Position numbers and translations under genes: made by a program. The notes beneath the pieces are model-generated. The model was not told the DNA's origin. It did no database searches and saw only the letters and a list, made by a program, of their open reading frames with translations. This document shows, piece after piece, positions 49,414 through 58,735 of a stretch of DNA of 64,000 nt. The stretch is from contig OZ245838.1 of NCBI GenBank assembly GCA_965228735.1, positions 4,704,001 through 4,768,000 of the forward strand, given 5' to 3'. Source of the stretch: Planctomycetota bacterium (lineage in GTDB: Bacteria; Planctomycetota; UBA1135; UBA2386). How positions within the stretch are numbered: position 1 is the first letter of the stretch; every line of letters begins with the position of its first letter.

Positions 49414-49706
49414 CGATGGCCCTCCGTTTCGAGTTCGGGGAGCAGTTGGCCGAGGACCTCGCGATCGATTCCGCGGCGAGTGCTGTCGTCAGCCGGGCGT
49501 ACGACGCTGTGGCGTTCGCCGGATCTCGAGATGCGCTTTGGCCAGGACAGTCCAAGGGCGCCGTCCGATTTCCGCCGCAATGTGACGCCGTCTACGACGA
49601 GGTTGCCGTAGTAGAGCGACAGGTAGCCGAGTAGCCCCCCGCGGACATCGGCGTCCGAGGCACGAACCCAGGTCCTGACACGGATGGTGGGTGACGGAGA
49701 GCTCAT
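49410..49706 (-). CDS. SpoVG-like protein
   Basis: GLLGYLSL...VDGVTLR...LSWP...VRP. Confidence 0.68.
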   Translation of the reverse strand: MSSPSPTIRVRTWVRASDADVRGGLLGYLSLYYGNLVVDGVTLRRKSDGALGLSWPKRISRSGERHSVVRPADDSTRRGIDREVLGQLLPELETEGHR

Positions 49707-51538
49707 GCGACGCTCCTTTCGGGTGGTCGAACCGACCGGACTGCGACCGGACTCTGAACCGACTTCGAGTCCGGTCCGATCGCGTCCGTCAGAGTCAGGG
49801 CGTTTTTGGGGGCGCCTCCTTGGCGCCCCAACCGACCGGACTGGGTGTCCCCCTTTAGGGGGGAGAGTCTGCTCGTTGGATCGAGCCCTCCGGACGCAGC
49901 ATCGTTGTCCCCGTTGGGGGGCTCCTCAGTCGAACGACCGGACTCGGCGGACGGACCCGTCTGAGTCTGGTCGTCGGTTGGGTCCGGACTGAGAGGAATC
50001 GCGGCATCCGGGTCTCGGATCGCCTGGGGCCAGTCTTCGCCACACCAGCGGCCGACGATGACGGCGTTCTGCTCGGTGTCGATCAGGTCCGGGTAGGCCT
50101 TTGCCATTTCGGCGGCCCCGATGACGAAGGGTGACCCCCGCTTGGCCTGGGTCACGAGGGGGGATCGACCAGCTTGCGCTGCCAGTAGGGTCGAGAACGC
50201 CCGGTCGAACGTGGCCTTGCCGCGACCCACGATCCCGCGGAGTGTGTCCTTGTTCGTCGTCTTGGGGTTCAGCGCGAGCGCCACGGCAATCCGGCGCGTC
50301 GTGTCGACGTCCGCTTCGTCGCGCGCCCTGGCCTTTTCCTTCTCTCTTGCGACCGTCAGATCATCTTGCTCCTCGGTCGTGAGGGCCCGGAGGATGCCAT
50401 GCTCCTCCCGAGCAAGGATGACCCGGTCCTTGAACTCCATGCGCGGCCCGTGGTTGTTCTTGCGGATTCGGAACGCTACCTGGGCATTGGGGAGCGCCGC
50501 GAGATAGCCCTCGACCCGGACGGCGTCGAAGAGTCCTGACGTGCCGCGCGCATCGGGCTCGTCGTCTTCACGTGTGACGTTCGACCGCCGGCTGAGCTTG
50601 TTCGAATGGTGCGCAAACCAAACCGAGATCGGCTCATTTGCTTGCTGTACGAGCGATTCGAGCATTGCGACCCATGCGGTCCCGACCTCGCTCGACAGGT
50701 CGATATTGCCCGAGAGCAGTCGGGACAGAGGGTCGGCAACAACAAGTGCCGGCTGGACGTTCAGAACGCCGGTGGCCCACTCTCCAAAGCTAGAGCTCGT
50801 CATTGGGCTGCCGTTCAAGGTGTTGATGAGGAGCCGGTCTTGGCCGATGCCTGCCACAGAGGCGATGAAGAGCTTCGCCTCGATGTTGCGACGTTCGGCT
50901 GACGACACGTGCGCGAGCAGCTTTCGGGAGATCAGCTGCAAGCGACGGATGATCTGCTCTCGTCGATCCTCGCCGAAGACCAGGAACACTGGCCGACCCG
51001 CAGCGGCCTCGCCGACCGGGAACCTGCCCAGAAAGGGCATGTTGGCGGCAACTGCTACGGCAAGCTGCAGGAAGAACATCGACTTCCCCGCGGCCCCTTG
51101 CCCGACCAGCATTCCGACCTCGTTCATCGGAACGAGCGTGTCGCCATCGCATGGGTCGGCTACAGCCTGACCGCGGCGGGTCGGGTAGTGCAGCAGGGCT
51201 GGAGTTGGCGGAACGAGCTGGTCAAGCGTCCCGGGAGCGAGTGGTGCGCATGTCGTGCCCAAGCATGGAAACCCGACCGGGTGACTGTCGCTGGACTGCT
51301 TGGACTGAGCGTCATCGTTCTGACCACGCGAAGCCGCCTCGGTCAGGTCGTCGAAGACGTTGAGTTCTCGCCGGAGCACTTCCGACGTGTTCACCCCGCA
51401 CTCGGCGACCAACGTCGTGTCATGCTGTTCGGCGATGACTCGAAGGTGGCCTACAGGCACCACCAGCCGCGGTGCGCCGCACAGTTTTGCCATGCCGCTC
51501 AGGAACGCGCGCCCGATGTAGCTCCGGTCGTTGCTCAC
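49703..51538 (-). CDS. RepA / AAA_25-type helicase
   Basis: GQGAAGKS, FGED, VVADPL, HHSNK, RGTSGLFD and KNNHGP. Confidence 0.88.
   Translation of the reverse strand: MSNDRSYIGRAFLSGMAKLCGAPRLVVPVGHLRVIAEQHDTTLVAECGVNTSEVLRRELNVFDDLTEAASRGQNDDAQSKQSSDSHPVGFPCLGTTCAPLAPGTLDQLVPPTPALLHYPTRRGQAVADPCDGDTLVPMNEVGMLVGQGAAGKSMFFLQLAVAVAANMPFLGRFPVGEAAAGRPVFLVFGEDRREQIIRRLQLISRKLLAHVSSAERRNIEAKLFIASVAGIGQDRLLINTLNGSPMTSSSFGEWATGVLNVQPALVVADPLSRLLSGNIDLSSEVGTAWVAMLESLVQQANEPISVWFAHHSNKLSRRSNVTREDDEPDARGTSGLFDAVRVEGYLAALPNAQVAFRIRKNNHGPRMEFKDRVILAREEHGILRALTTEEQDDLTVAREKEKARARDEADVDTTRRIAVALALNPKTTNKDTLRGIVGRGKATFDRAFSTLLAAQAGRSPLVTQAKRGSPFVIGAAEMAKAYPDLIDTEQNAVIVGRWCGEDWPQAIRDPDAAIPLSPDPTDDQTQTGPSAESGRSTEEPPNGDNDAASGGLDPTSRLSPLKGDTQSGRLGRQGGAPKNALTLTDAIGPDSKSVQSPVAVRSVRPPERSVA
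49734..49944. repeat. Iteron-like GACCGGACT repeats (putative origin of element B)
   Basis: Direct copies at 49734, 49745, 49834 and 49936, inverted copy at 49768; CCCCCTTTAGGGGG palindrome near 49849. Confidence 0.6.
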
Positions 51539-52710
51539 GAGAGTAGCTCCGCGAGGTGACGATCGTCGGAGCGGTAGATACAGCGGGCTTGGTCGGGGTC
51601 TCGCCTTTCAGGAACGATCGACATGTTGCTCCACTCCGCGACCAGGTGTTCGCCGCACTTCGAGCCGTAGAGCAGATCCGAAACTCCCCACAGGACGTTT
51701 CGCCACGCTTCGTAGCTCACCTCCGGTGGGACCCAGGCGAGGAGTTCTGCGGCCTCGGCGAAGTTCGCGCAATCGCCGCAAGTGCAACGCGCCTTGAACT
51801 GATACGGGCGCCGACTTGCCGATGCCCGCGCGTCGACCTTGGCGCCGTGCTCGGACCCTGCTGCGTTGTTGCGCGTGCGCGCCGCCTTCGCTTGACGGTG
51901 ACGCTTCCGAAGTCCGCTTGAGGTCGGTTGCGTGGCTCGTGACTCGAGAAGCGCTTGCAGCAGGGTGTCTGGCGGCGGGCGGATCCCTTCGACGCGGCCG
52001 CCGACGAGCTTGGGCAAGCCGTCGACGCACGTCCCGTCCGTGTCGAAGCGAATCTCCGGATATGGTTCCAAGCCGACGATCTCGCCCTCTGGATGATCGT
52101 CGCTGATCTCGATTCGTGGTGCTCCGCGAACCCACTCTCGGTGAGGGCAGACGCCGTTCGTCTCAATCGTGACGCCGCCGCTTTTCGGGCCTGCTCCGCG
52201 AACGTCGACACCAAGAAGCCAGCCGTTGCGGTTGCCGATCTTCGCCGCGAGCTCTGACTCGACCGCGTAGTGGAAGTGGACGCCCCTCTTGCTGGTTGAG
52301 AGTAGGTCGGTGCCGAAGCTGCCACCCATGAAACCGCTGAAGCTCGCCAGGCCGTCCCGGAACACGCGCTTGCTGATGCGACTCCCGTCTGATTCCTCGA
52401 CGACGACGAACTTCCAGCTGCGGTCGCAGTCGACCGTGAGCAGTCGGCTCGGCTTGGTGTGAATGCAGACATCCGCTCCGCGCGGGTCAGAGTCTGGCCC
52501 GAGCCAGTAGTCGCGAACTTCGTCCGGGTCGGTCGTGGGGCCCACGATTCGGCCGGCCTGCACCTCCTCTTCTTTCCAGGCGACCGTAGGGTGCTTGCCG
52601 CACGCGACCCCCTGCTTGTCAGGGTCGATTCGGTGATGGGATGGGGTAACGGCCCAGCCGATCTTGGCGTAGTGGAGTGCAACGAGGTGGGCAATGTCGC
52701 GGTCCTTCAC
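51535..52710 (-). CDS. Primase-polymerase with PriCT-2 domain
   Basis: YAKIGWAVTP, GKHP, VDCD, GVHFHY, GVDVRG; YEAWRNV.WG...EWS. Confidence 0.82.
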   Translation of the reverse strand: MKDRDIAHLVALHYAKIGWAVTPSHHRIDPDKQGVACGKHPTVAWKEEEVQAGRIVGPTTDPDEVRDYWLGPDSDPRGADVCIHTKPSRLLTVDCDRSWKFVVVEESDGSRISKRVFRDGLASFSGFMGGSFGTDLLSTSKRGVHFHYAVESELAAKIGNRNGWLLGVDVRGAGPKSGGVTIETNGVCPHREWVRGAPRIEISDDHPEGEIVGLEPYPEIRFDTDGTCVDGLPKLVGGRVEGIRPPPDTLLQALLESRATQPTSSGLRKRHRQAKAARTRNNAAGSEHGAKVDARASASRRPYQFKARCTCGDCANFAEAAELLAWVPPEVSYEAWRNVLWGVSDLLYGSKCGEHLVAEWSNMSIVPERRDPDQARCIYRSDDRHLAELLS

Positions 52711-53012
52711 TGGGCCCCCTTCTCGTGCTTCGAGGTCAACGCGGCGAGCCAGCGGCGCACCTCCTCGACCGTGGTCGCCCAGGATCCTGCGCTGCGGAAC
52801 CGGCGAATGCGCAGCCCGTCAACGCCTCGAAGAGTCCATCGCCAGCACGTCGCGGGAGTGACTGGTTGACCGTCGGGGCGCGGAGCCACGAAGCGGGCGA
52901 TACGGGGGATGCGGATGATCGTCTCGCCGATCCACCATTCTCTGGTGTTACGCGATGCGACTTCCTGTGGCGTCGTCATGTGGCAGACGATGCCGTGTGA
53001 ATCGGACAGCAA
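52707..53012 (-). CDS. DUF1580-like HTH protein
   Basis: PATCWRWTLRGVDGLRI....G.W.TT.EEVRRWL. Confidence 0.75.
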   Translation of the reverse strand: MLSDSHGIVCHMTTPQEVASRNTREWWIGETIIRIPRIARFVAPRPDGQPVTPATCWRWTLRGVDGLRIRRFRSAGSWATTVEEVRRWLAALTSKHEKGAQ

Positions 53013-53030
53013 ATGCCCGACCCTTCTTTG

Positions 53031-53606
53031 TCACTTCTTCCGTCGCTCGCCGGTCGGAGTCCAGAACCAGTGCTTCCCGACGAGGTCGACGAGGTGCCTC
53101 TCCCGAAGCCGGGTTAGGACGCGGTATAGGGACCGGTCGTCGGGGTTGAGACCGCGCAACTTGAAGTCCTCGGCCTTGAGCCCGCGATCTCCGGCTTCCA
53201 CCAGGCGATCGAGCGCCCGCAAGTGCTTCTCTTCCAACGGCGCGACGTGGTTCTTCGGCAGCCTAGGGCGTCCTCGTTTCTTCGGTGCGTGCTTCGCTTC
53301 GGTCGTGGCCAGTTTGGCGATGGCCTCGCCGAGCTTCCCAGCAAGGGTGACCTTGCTTGCTTCGGCGGTGTTCTTCTCCAACCGCACATCGACGAGCGCG
53401 AGCAGCAGCGTCAGCTCCGACTCGGTGAACGCTCCGCCGCGGACCAACTCGATGGCTCGCGTAACGGCATCGCTGGGTTCGGGGGGCTTGGCCACTGGTC
53501 TTCGACTGGTGAGCAGCTCCGTTCGGGAGCGACTGCCGTCCGCCGGCTGTCGAGTCGCGGACGAAGTGAGTGTAGCGTCGACGTGAGCGATGCTCCGGGT
53601 AGGCAC
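53031..53606 (-). CDS. Winged-HTH regulator-like protein (start uncertain)
   Basis: KRGRPR hook; SLYRVLTRLRERHLV....W.W. Confidence 0.6.
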   Translation of the reverse strand: MPTRSIAHVDATLTSSATRQPADGSRSRTELLTSRRPVAKPPEPSDAVTRAIELVRGGAFTESELTLLLALVDVRLEKNTAEASKVTLAGKLGEAIAKLATTEAKHAPKKRGRPRLPKNHVAPLEEKHLRALDRLVEAGDRGLKAEDFKLRGLNPDDRSLYRVLTRLRERHLVDLVGKHWFWTPTGERRKK

Positions 53607-54479
53607 CTATCGGCCGACTGCGACACGCAACCTTCTGCTATCAACGGACGTGTAGACCGTCGTCGACATGATCGAGCGGTGGTTCAATGCCGCCTGGACG
53701 ACTCGCAAGTCGCTCGTGCGGCTCAGAATCCTCTCGGCAAAGCTGTGTCGGAACGCATGGGCGCTCCTGCCAGTGATCTGGGCCTCGGCAAGCCACCCGG
53801 CGATCCGGCGTTGTGCGTGACGCATCGATACGCGGCGGTCGCCAGCCAAGAACACCGGACCGTCCTGACGTCCACGTAGGAAGCGCTGGATCTTCCGGGC
53901 GACCGCCTTCGGCAGCAGCGCCGTCGCTGGCCGATTACCCTTCGCGGAGCGCAGCGTGACCTCGCCGTGGGCGAAGTCGATGTCGCCGACATCGAGCGCG
54001 ATTGCGCTGCCGATTCGGATCCCACTCGCAAGGAGAAGTCGGATGAGCATCGCATCACGCTCGGCCTGCGGGCCTGGTGCGTTGGCGAGGACTGCGAGCA
54101 GGCGATCCTGCTCGTCCTGGCGCAAGGCTCGTGGCGGTGGGGGAGAGCACCTTGCTCGCTTCAGGAGCCGTGCGGCGTTCATCGGTGCGAGGCCGGACTC
54201 GTGCGCCCACTTGAAGAAGCAGCGCAGCGAGGTGCGCTGCGCGTTCGCCGACGTCGCCTTCTTCGTTCCGCCGCGCGCGCTGAGCTGTGCGGTGTCCGAG
54301 GCGAAGAATTCAGCGACGACCGCGGGCGTCATGGCCTCGATGTCGGTTGGTCGGTCAGTCGACGTGAGCCAGGCGATCAGGCTCGCTACGTGTCGCTGAT
54401 ACTGCTTCCGGGTGTGCTCTGATCGGCCGTCGGCTTGGAGTTGAACTTGGAAGTGCCCGAGGGCGTCTTGGAGGTGCAT
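53607..54479 (-). CDS. XerC/D-like tyrosine recombinase (element B)
   Basis: GIRIGS, AKGN, HAFRH, LNH, VYT. Confidence 0.92.
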   Translation of the reverse strand: MHLQDALGHFQVQLQADGRSEHTRKQYQRHVASLIAWLTSTDRPTDIEAMTPAVVAEFFASDTAQLSARGGTKKATSANAQRTSLRCFFKWAHESGLAPMNAARLLKRARCSPPPPRALRQDEQDRLLAVLANAPGPQAERDAMLIRLLLASGIRIGSAIALDVGDIDFAHGEVTLRSAKGNRPATALLPKAVARKIQRFLRGRQDGPVFLAGDRRVSMRHAQRRIAGWLAEAQITGRSAHAFRHSFAERILSRTSDLRVVQAALNHRSIMSTTVYTSVDSRRLRVAVGR

Positions 54480-54561
54480 GCCGCCATGAGGCCATCGTCC
54501 GGAACCTGCGTTCAAGTCGCATTCCGCCGCCCCTGTCGCTGCAACATCCAGTCCAGGGCCG

Positions 54562-54589
54562 ACGTCACATTCGGGAGGAAATCGGGCTT
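54562..54589 (+). other. dif-like recombination site 5 (right arm degenerate)
   Basis: ACGTCACATTC-GGGAGG-AAATCGGGCTT; 19/20 identical to 19229-19248. Confidence 0.5.
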
Positions 54590-54611
54590 CTTCGGTAGCT
54601 GAAGGTCGCCG

Positions 54612-54950
54612 TCAGAAGTCGTGCCCTTGCTTGTCGAGAAGGTGGCCGAAACCGTGGTGCATCTCCAGAGCGCCGAGTGCCTGCAGGCACCAGACGATGT
54701 TTCTATCTCGTGGGTGACCTTGAAACCCTCCCTTGCCATCGAGTCCGTCGAAGTGGGCTTCGAGTGAGTCGAGCTTCTCGTGGATGTAACTCTTCAGCCC
54801 TGCCTCGACGCGAAGGTCGTGGATTCGTTCTTTCGCTTTCTCAACAAGAAAGCCGGTGTCGACGGCGTCGACTCCCGACAGATCGTCCACAATCCCCCGC
54901 AAGGCATCGAGTGCTTTCCTGATCCCCGCATTGTTTGGGCGGTCGCTCAT
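54612..54950 (-). CDS. Hypothetical protein
   Basis: 112-aa helical ORF ending next to site 5. Confidence 0.6.
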   Translation of the reverse strand: MSDRPNNAGIRKALDALRGIVDDLSGVDAVDTGFLVEKAKERIHDLRVEAGLKSYIHEKLDSLEAHFDGLDGKGGFQGHPRDRNIVWCLQALGALEMHHGFGHLLDKQGHDF

Positions 54951-55010
54951 TCCTAGATGCTATTCCATCTGGTTGTGCGCAGAAACGCTGATGGAAGGGT
55001 TGGACACTAG

Positions 55011-56363
55011 CTAGCCGCCGGTCCACGAGCAGTCGACGACGTGGTTCTCGCCGGCTTCGAGCTCCGACAGTTTCATCCTTGGCGGCAGCTGACACTCCGT
55101 GAAGCTGCAGCCGCGAAACCAGGACGGTGGGATATCGCCTCGAAAAACGCAGGTCTCGAACACCACGTTAGTGAAGCTGACCTCGGTGTTGGGAGACGTA
55201 AAGTCGAGCCGTTGGTCTGCGTCCGGCGGCGGTTCGTCGACGACCAAGCGCTCAATCACGCATCGGTCGAGCGCGGTGACTCGGCCGGCGCCGACAACAT
55301 GCGGGCTAGACTTCTCGGCAGAGCGGAAGCGCACCTGGGAGAATTCGCTGACGCCGAAGTACGTCCCGTAGAACATCGAGTTCTCGAAGTCGACTGCGAG
55401 CATCTTCGTGCCAGATACCTGTCCGCCCCAGAAGCGGCACTCTTCGAACCGACAAGAGGACACTGTGAGATTCTCGCCGGGGCCCCAAGCTACGCCGCTG
55501 AACGATACATCGTCGAACCGCACGTCGTGCAACCTGCCGCTTGCGAATGTTGTTTCGACGAGCGACCCGCCGGAGAAGTCCGAGGCTGCCCAAGTAAGGT
55601 CCTGCAGATACTGGCGCCCCGACGCATTGCGCGGTCCAAGGAGAGCATCAGCCGCAATGCTTGCGTTCAGTCGCTGCAACGGTGTGTGCTCGGAGTTCTC
55701 CCGGATCAACAGAAGCCGGGAAACCATCACTTCGTCCTCGCGGTGCTCGGATGCCAGATGGTTGATGACGTCGCGACGGACGATGGTCTCTGAGCGAAGG
55801 ATTCGATCCTTCGTCGCCTCACGGTCGTTCGCGACCGTCCACATGTTCACGCGTGCCACCACGTCGGACGCGAGCCAGGTCGCGAGGGCGATCAACGCGA
55901 CGACGATCCCGATACTCGCCGCGATCCGTTTTCGTCGTCGAGCCTTCGCGAACGATAACCGTTGCCGCACTTTGACCACCGCCAGGCGCAGCTCGTCCGG
56001 CTCGTTCACGGTCTCGTAGTTGAGCTCTCGCATTATCGAGTCGAGCGGTCGCGGCCAGACGACGGGCTCGGTTCCGAGGCGCACGGGCGTCATCGCCTTG
56101 CCGATGGCGTTGGCGTGGTAGATCTCCGCTTGGCACCATTCACTGCACACCGAGCGCGGCGACACCACGGGCACTACGGCATCGCAGTCCCGTAGCTCCG
56201 CGCGGATGCGGTTCGTGAAGTCTTCTCCGATCAGCGTCTCGTGCGTGTCGTGGTAGGCGTGGAAGCCGCTCGCTTTGAGCTCCTGGTAGAGGACGTCCAC
56301 GTCTTTGGCGTCTTCTCTTGCGTAGCTGATGAATACGGATGCCTTCCGAATCGGGTTGCGCAT
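55011..56363 (-). CDS. TIR + TM + pentapeptide-repeat protein
   Basis: VFISYARED...SEWCQAEI; TM segment; F/L-periodic pentapeptide region. Confidence 0.88.
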   Translation of the reverse strand: MRNPIRKASVFISYAREDAKDVDVLYQELKASGFHAYHDTHETLIGEDFTNRIRAELRDCDAVVPVVSPRSVCSEWCQAEIYHANAIGKAMTPVRLGTEPVVWPRPLDSIMRELNYETVNEPDELRLAVVKVRQRLSFAKARRRKRIAASIGIVVALIALATWLASDVVARVNMWTVANDREATKDRILRSETIVRRDVINHLASEHREDEVMVSRLLLIRENSEHTPLQRLNASIAADALLGPRNASGRQYLQDLTWAASDFSGGSLVETTFASGRLHDVRFDDVSFSGVAWGPGENLTVSSCRFEECRFWGGQVSGTKMLAVDFENSMFYGTYFGVSEFSQVRFRSAEKSSPHVVGAGRVTALDRCVIERLVVDEPPPDADQRLDFTSPNTEVSFTNVVFETCVFRGDIPPSWFRGCSFTECQLPPRMKLSELEAGENHVVDCSWTGG

Positions 56364-56674
56364 GTCGAACCGGCCTTGGTTGGGCGGAGGTGCTCTCCGG
56401 CCCCATTACACCCGGCGCGGGCTTGGAGGTCAGCGGAATCCCGCGCGCAAGTCTCGGCCGCAGAACGAAGCATGAGGGGTTGAGCACCTTGACGTTCCGC
56501 TGAGACCTCATCTTGCGCTATCGGGCGTGCAGGTCGCTTGATGATGGGGCCGCCTCGAAGAACTAGTTCTCACCGCGCGTGGCTCGTCGTCGGAAAGCCG
56601 GTTGCTCCAACGAGAGGCCGCGGCTCTCCTCTTGGCATTGACAAGCTGCGGCAAAAGGACCGACACTTCCCCCG

Positions 56675-57079
56675 ATGGCTGAGAGGAAAACAGAGCACTT
56701 GCAGATGATCCAGGGGGTCGTGAGCCGGCTGTCCACGAACTCATTCTTGCTCAAGGGCTGGTCTGTGGTCCTCGTCTCAGCGCTCTTCGGACTCTCCACG
56801 CAAGTCGAGAACCGCACGCCTTTCCTAGCACTCGCCTACTTCCCTGCACTCGCGTTTTGGATCCTCGATGCCTACTTCCTTTCACAAGAACGCCGTTTCC
56901 GCGCGCTTTTCGACCATGTGCGTATGCAGTTGGAGGACAAGATCGACTTCTCGATGAGCACCGTTGCGCACGTTAGTCCGCGTTGCTCGTGGCCTGCCGC
57001 CTTCTTGTCACGAACGGTGCTCATCTTCCACGGGGTGGTCGTCGCTTCCATCTTTCTCGTGATGTTGCTCTTGGGGTAG
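56675..57079 (+). CDS. Small multi-TM protein associated with a ThsB-like TIR
   Basis: HLQMIQGVVSRLSTNSFLLKGW...FWILDAYFLSQER; 7 bp upstream of the TIR gene. Confidence 0.78.
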   Translation: MAERKTEHLQMIQGVVSRLSTNSFLLKGWSVVLVSALFGLSTQVENRTPFLALAYFPALAFWILDAYFLSQERRFRALFDHVRMQLEDKIDFSMSTVAHVSPRCSWPAAFLSRTVLIFHGVVVASIFLVMLLLG

Positions 57080-57086
57080 TGCATCG

Positions 57087-57578
57087 ATGGCCCGCATCAT
57101 CTTTCCCAGTTTCCACTACGAACGGGATGCGTGGCGCGCTGGCGTCGTCCGCAATTCGTGGCGGACCCAGGGTTTCAAGGCTTCAGGCTTCCGTGACGGA
57201 GCTCGATGGGAGCAGGTAGAGCGCCACGGCAAGGAAGCGGTGGAGCGCTGGATTGAGGATCAGCTCAAAGGGGCTTCTGTGACCATCGTCCTCATCGGTG
57301 CGCAGACTGCAGAGCGCGAGTGGGTCATGCACGAGATCCGGCGCAGCTGCGCGCTCCGGATGGGGCTCGTTGGTATTCGCATCCACGGCATCAGAAACAA
57401 TCACCGGCTCGTCGACGTCGCTGGCGCCAACCCTTTCGATTCTCTCTGGTATGATTCGCCTGGCGGTGTTCGTCAGTACTTGTCAAGCATCTACAGCACC
57501 TACGACTACGTGGCGGACAACGGCTACCAGAATCTTGGTGCGTGGATCGAAGCAGCGGCGCGTGCGGCAGGTCGATAG
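57087..57578 (+). CDS. Thoeris ThsB-like TIR protein (DUF1863)
   Basis: FPSFHYERD.WR...VRNSW; WIEDQL...SVTIVLIG..T..REWV..EI. Confidence 0.88.
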   Translation: MARIIFPSFHYERDAWRAGVVRNSWRTQGFKASGFRDGARWEQVERHGKEAVERWIEDQLKGASVTIVLIGAQTAEREWVMHEIRRSCALRMGLVGIRIHGIRNNHRLVDVAGANPFDSLWYDSPGGVRQYLSSIYSTYDYVADNGYQNLGAWIEAAARAAGR

Positions 57579-57671
57579 CTGCTTAGCCCGCGTAGAGTTT
57601 GCGGTAGGCCCCAGCGCTGTTGGGCGATGCCTGCTCATTTCTCCACGGCTTCGCCGCAAGCACGATCTAGG

Positions 57672-58010
57672 CTAGCCCGATAGACACGCTAGTGAGGGCG
57701 GCCGAACTGCTTGGTCCGTAATTGCTTGCCAAGCATTACTAGCCTTCGCAGGTATCACGGTCTCGGGCACGCCTGCACGGATCGCCCAGGTCCGTTCCCG
57801 ATGGACCCAAGTAGATAGCCGAGAGTTCACGGAGTCGACTACGAGAACACGCGTCGCGTTTCGAATGGCTGAGAACACTTGTTTCTCGAGGCCCTGGGTC
57901 AGGTCGAGCGAAACGTAGTCGATCCAAGTGGGAAAGCCGTGACGGCGAAGAAAGCCCTCAAGGCTTCTAGCGAGAACGGCGTCACGCCATGAGTAGCTGA
58001 CGAAGATCAT
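57672..58010 (-). CDS. Stand-alone TIR domain protein
   Basis: IFVSYSWRD...WID...STWVHRE; ATGA overlap with the upstream gene. Confidence 0.82.
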   Translation of the reverse strand: MIFVSYSWRDAVLARSLEGFLRRHGFPTWIDYVSLDLTQGLEKQVFSAIRNATRVLVVDSVNSRLSTWVHRERTWAIRAGVPETVIPAKASNAWQAITDQAVRPPSLACLSG

Positions 58011-58582
58011 TCGGAGGGATCGTCTTGATGTGAATCCCGGGCAACGAGAACACGCCCCGCTCCATCGGCTTCCCCCTCGATGATCGCATTCGGAACGTAG
58101 CTTATGGCTTCGGCAACGTTCCAGTCGCCTCTCGGAGTCAGGAACTTGGTCGAGACCTGCACGACGCAGCCCCCTCCCCGCACTTGCATCGCCTTCGTGC
58201 TCCTTGCCCATGTTGGGCCAACTGCCTTGAAGAGCAACTGGAAATTGTCCGGGCGCCCTACTGTCTCGACGGGTCCCTCTACGTCGCTGGTTTCCCTAAC
58301 GGCTTTGAGGACTCCGCCCTTTAGCGCGTCGATGAACTGCCGCGGGTCGATTCCAGCGTATTCACTAGGTGCGTAGAAGACGAAGGGGCGGAAGAAGAGG
58401 CAGGTGAAGAAGCCACCGGCAACGAGCACTGGGAAGGCGGTCACGAATATGACGAGACTCAGTTGGACGTTGCCTTCAGACTGAGTAGCGGCGATTCCGA
58501 CAACGGTCTCAGTCAGCCCAACAAACGCCGCAATCACCCAAAGGGGAGTGAGTCTCTTTTCTATCGGCTTGTCGTCAGGCAT
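58007..58582 (-). CDS. 2-TM membrane protein with beta-rich C-terminus
   Basis: LTPLWVIAAFVGLTE...FYAPSEY. Confidence 0.72.
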   Translation of the reverse strand: MPDDKPIEKRLTPLWVIAAFVGLTETVVGIAATQSEGNVQLSLVIFVTAFPVLVAGGFFTCLFFRPFVFYAPSEYAGIDPRQFIDALKGGVLKAVRETSDVEGPVETVGRPDNFQLLFKAVGPTWARSTKAMQVRGGGCVVQVSTKFLTPRGDWNVAEAISYVPNAIIEGEADGAGRVLVARDSHQDDPSE

Positions 58583-58667
58583 CTCTAGTCTCCGTATCTG
58601 GGCGGGTGTTCCTCGGGGCTTCCCTTCCTCGGTTGCGCCGAAACCCGTCAACGAATGTATTTGAGTC

Positions 58668-58695
58668 ATGGCGCATGCCAAAGGAAATGCGCCCC
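58668..58695 (+). other. dif-like recombination site 6
   Basis: ATGGCGCATGC-CAAAGG-AAATGCGCCCC. Confidence 0.55.
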
Positions 58696-58735
58696 TCACG
58701 ACCCGGCCGGAACGCCCGCCGTCTCGGTGGGCCGT

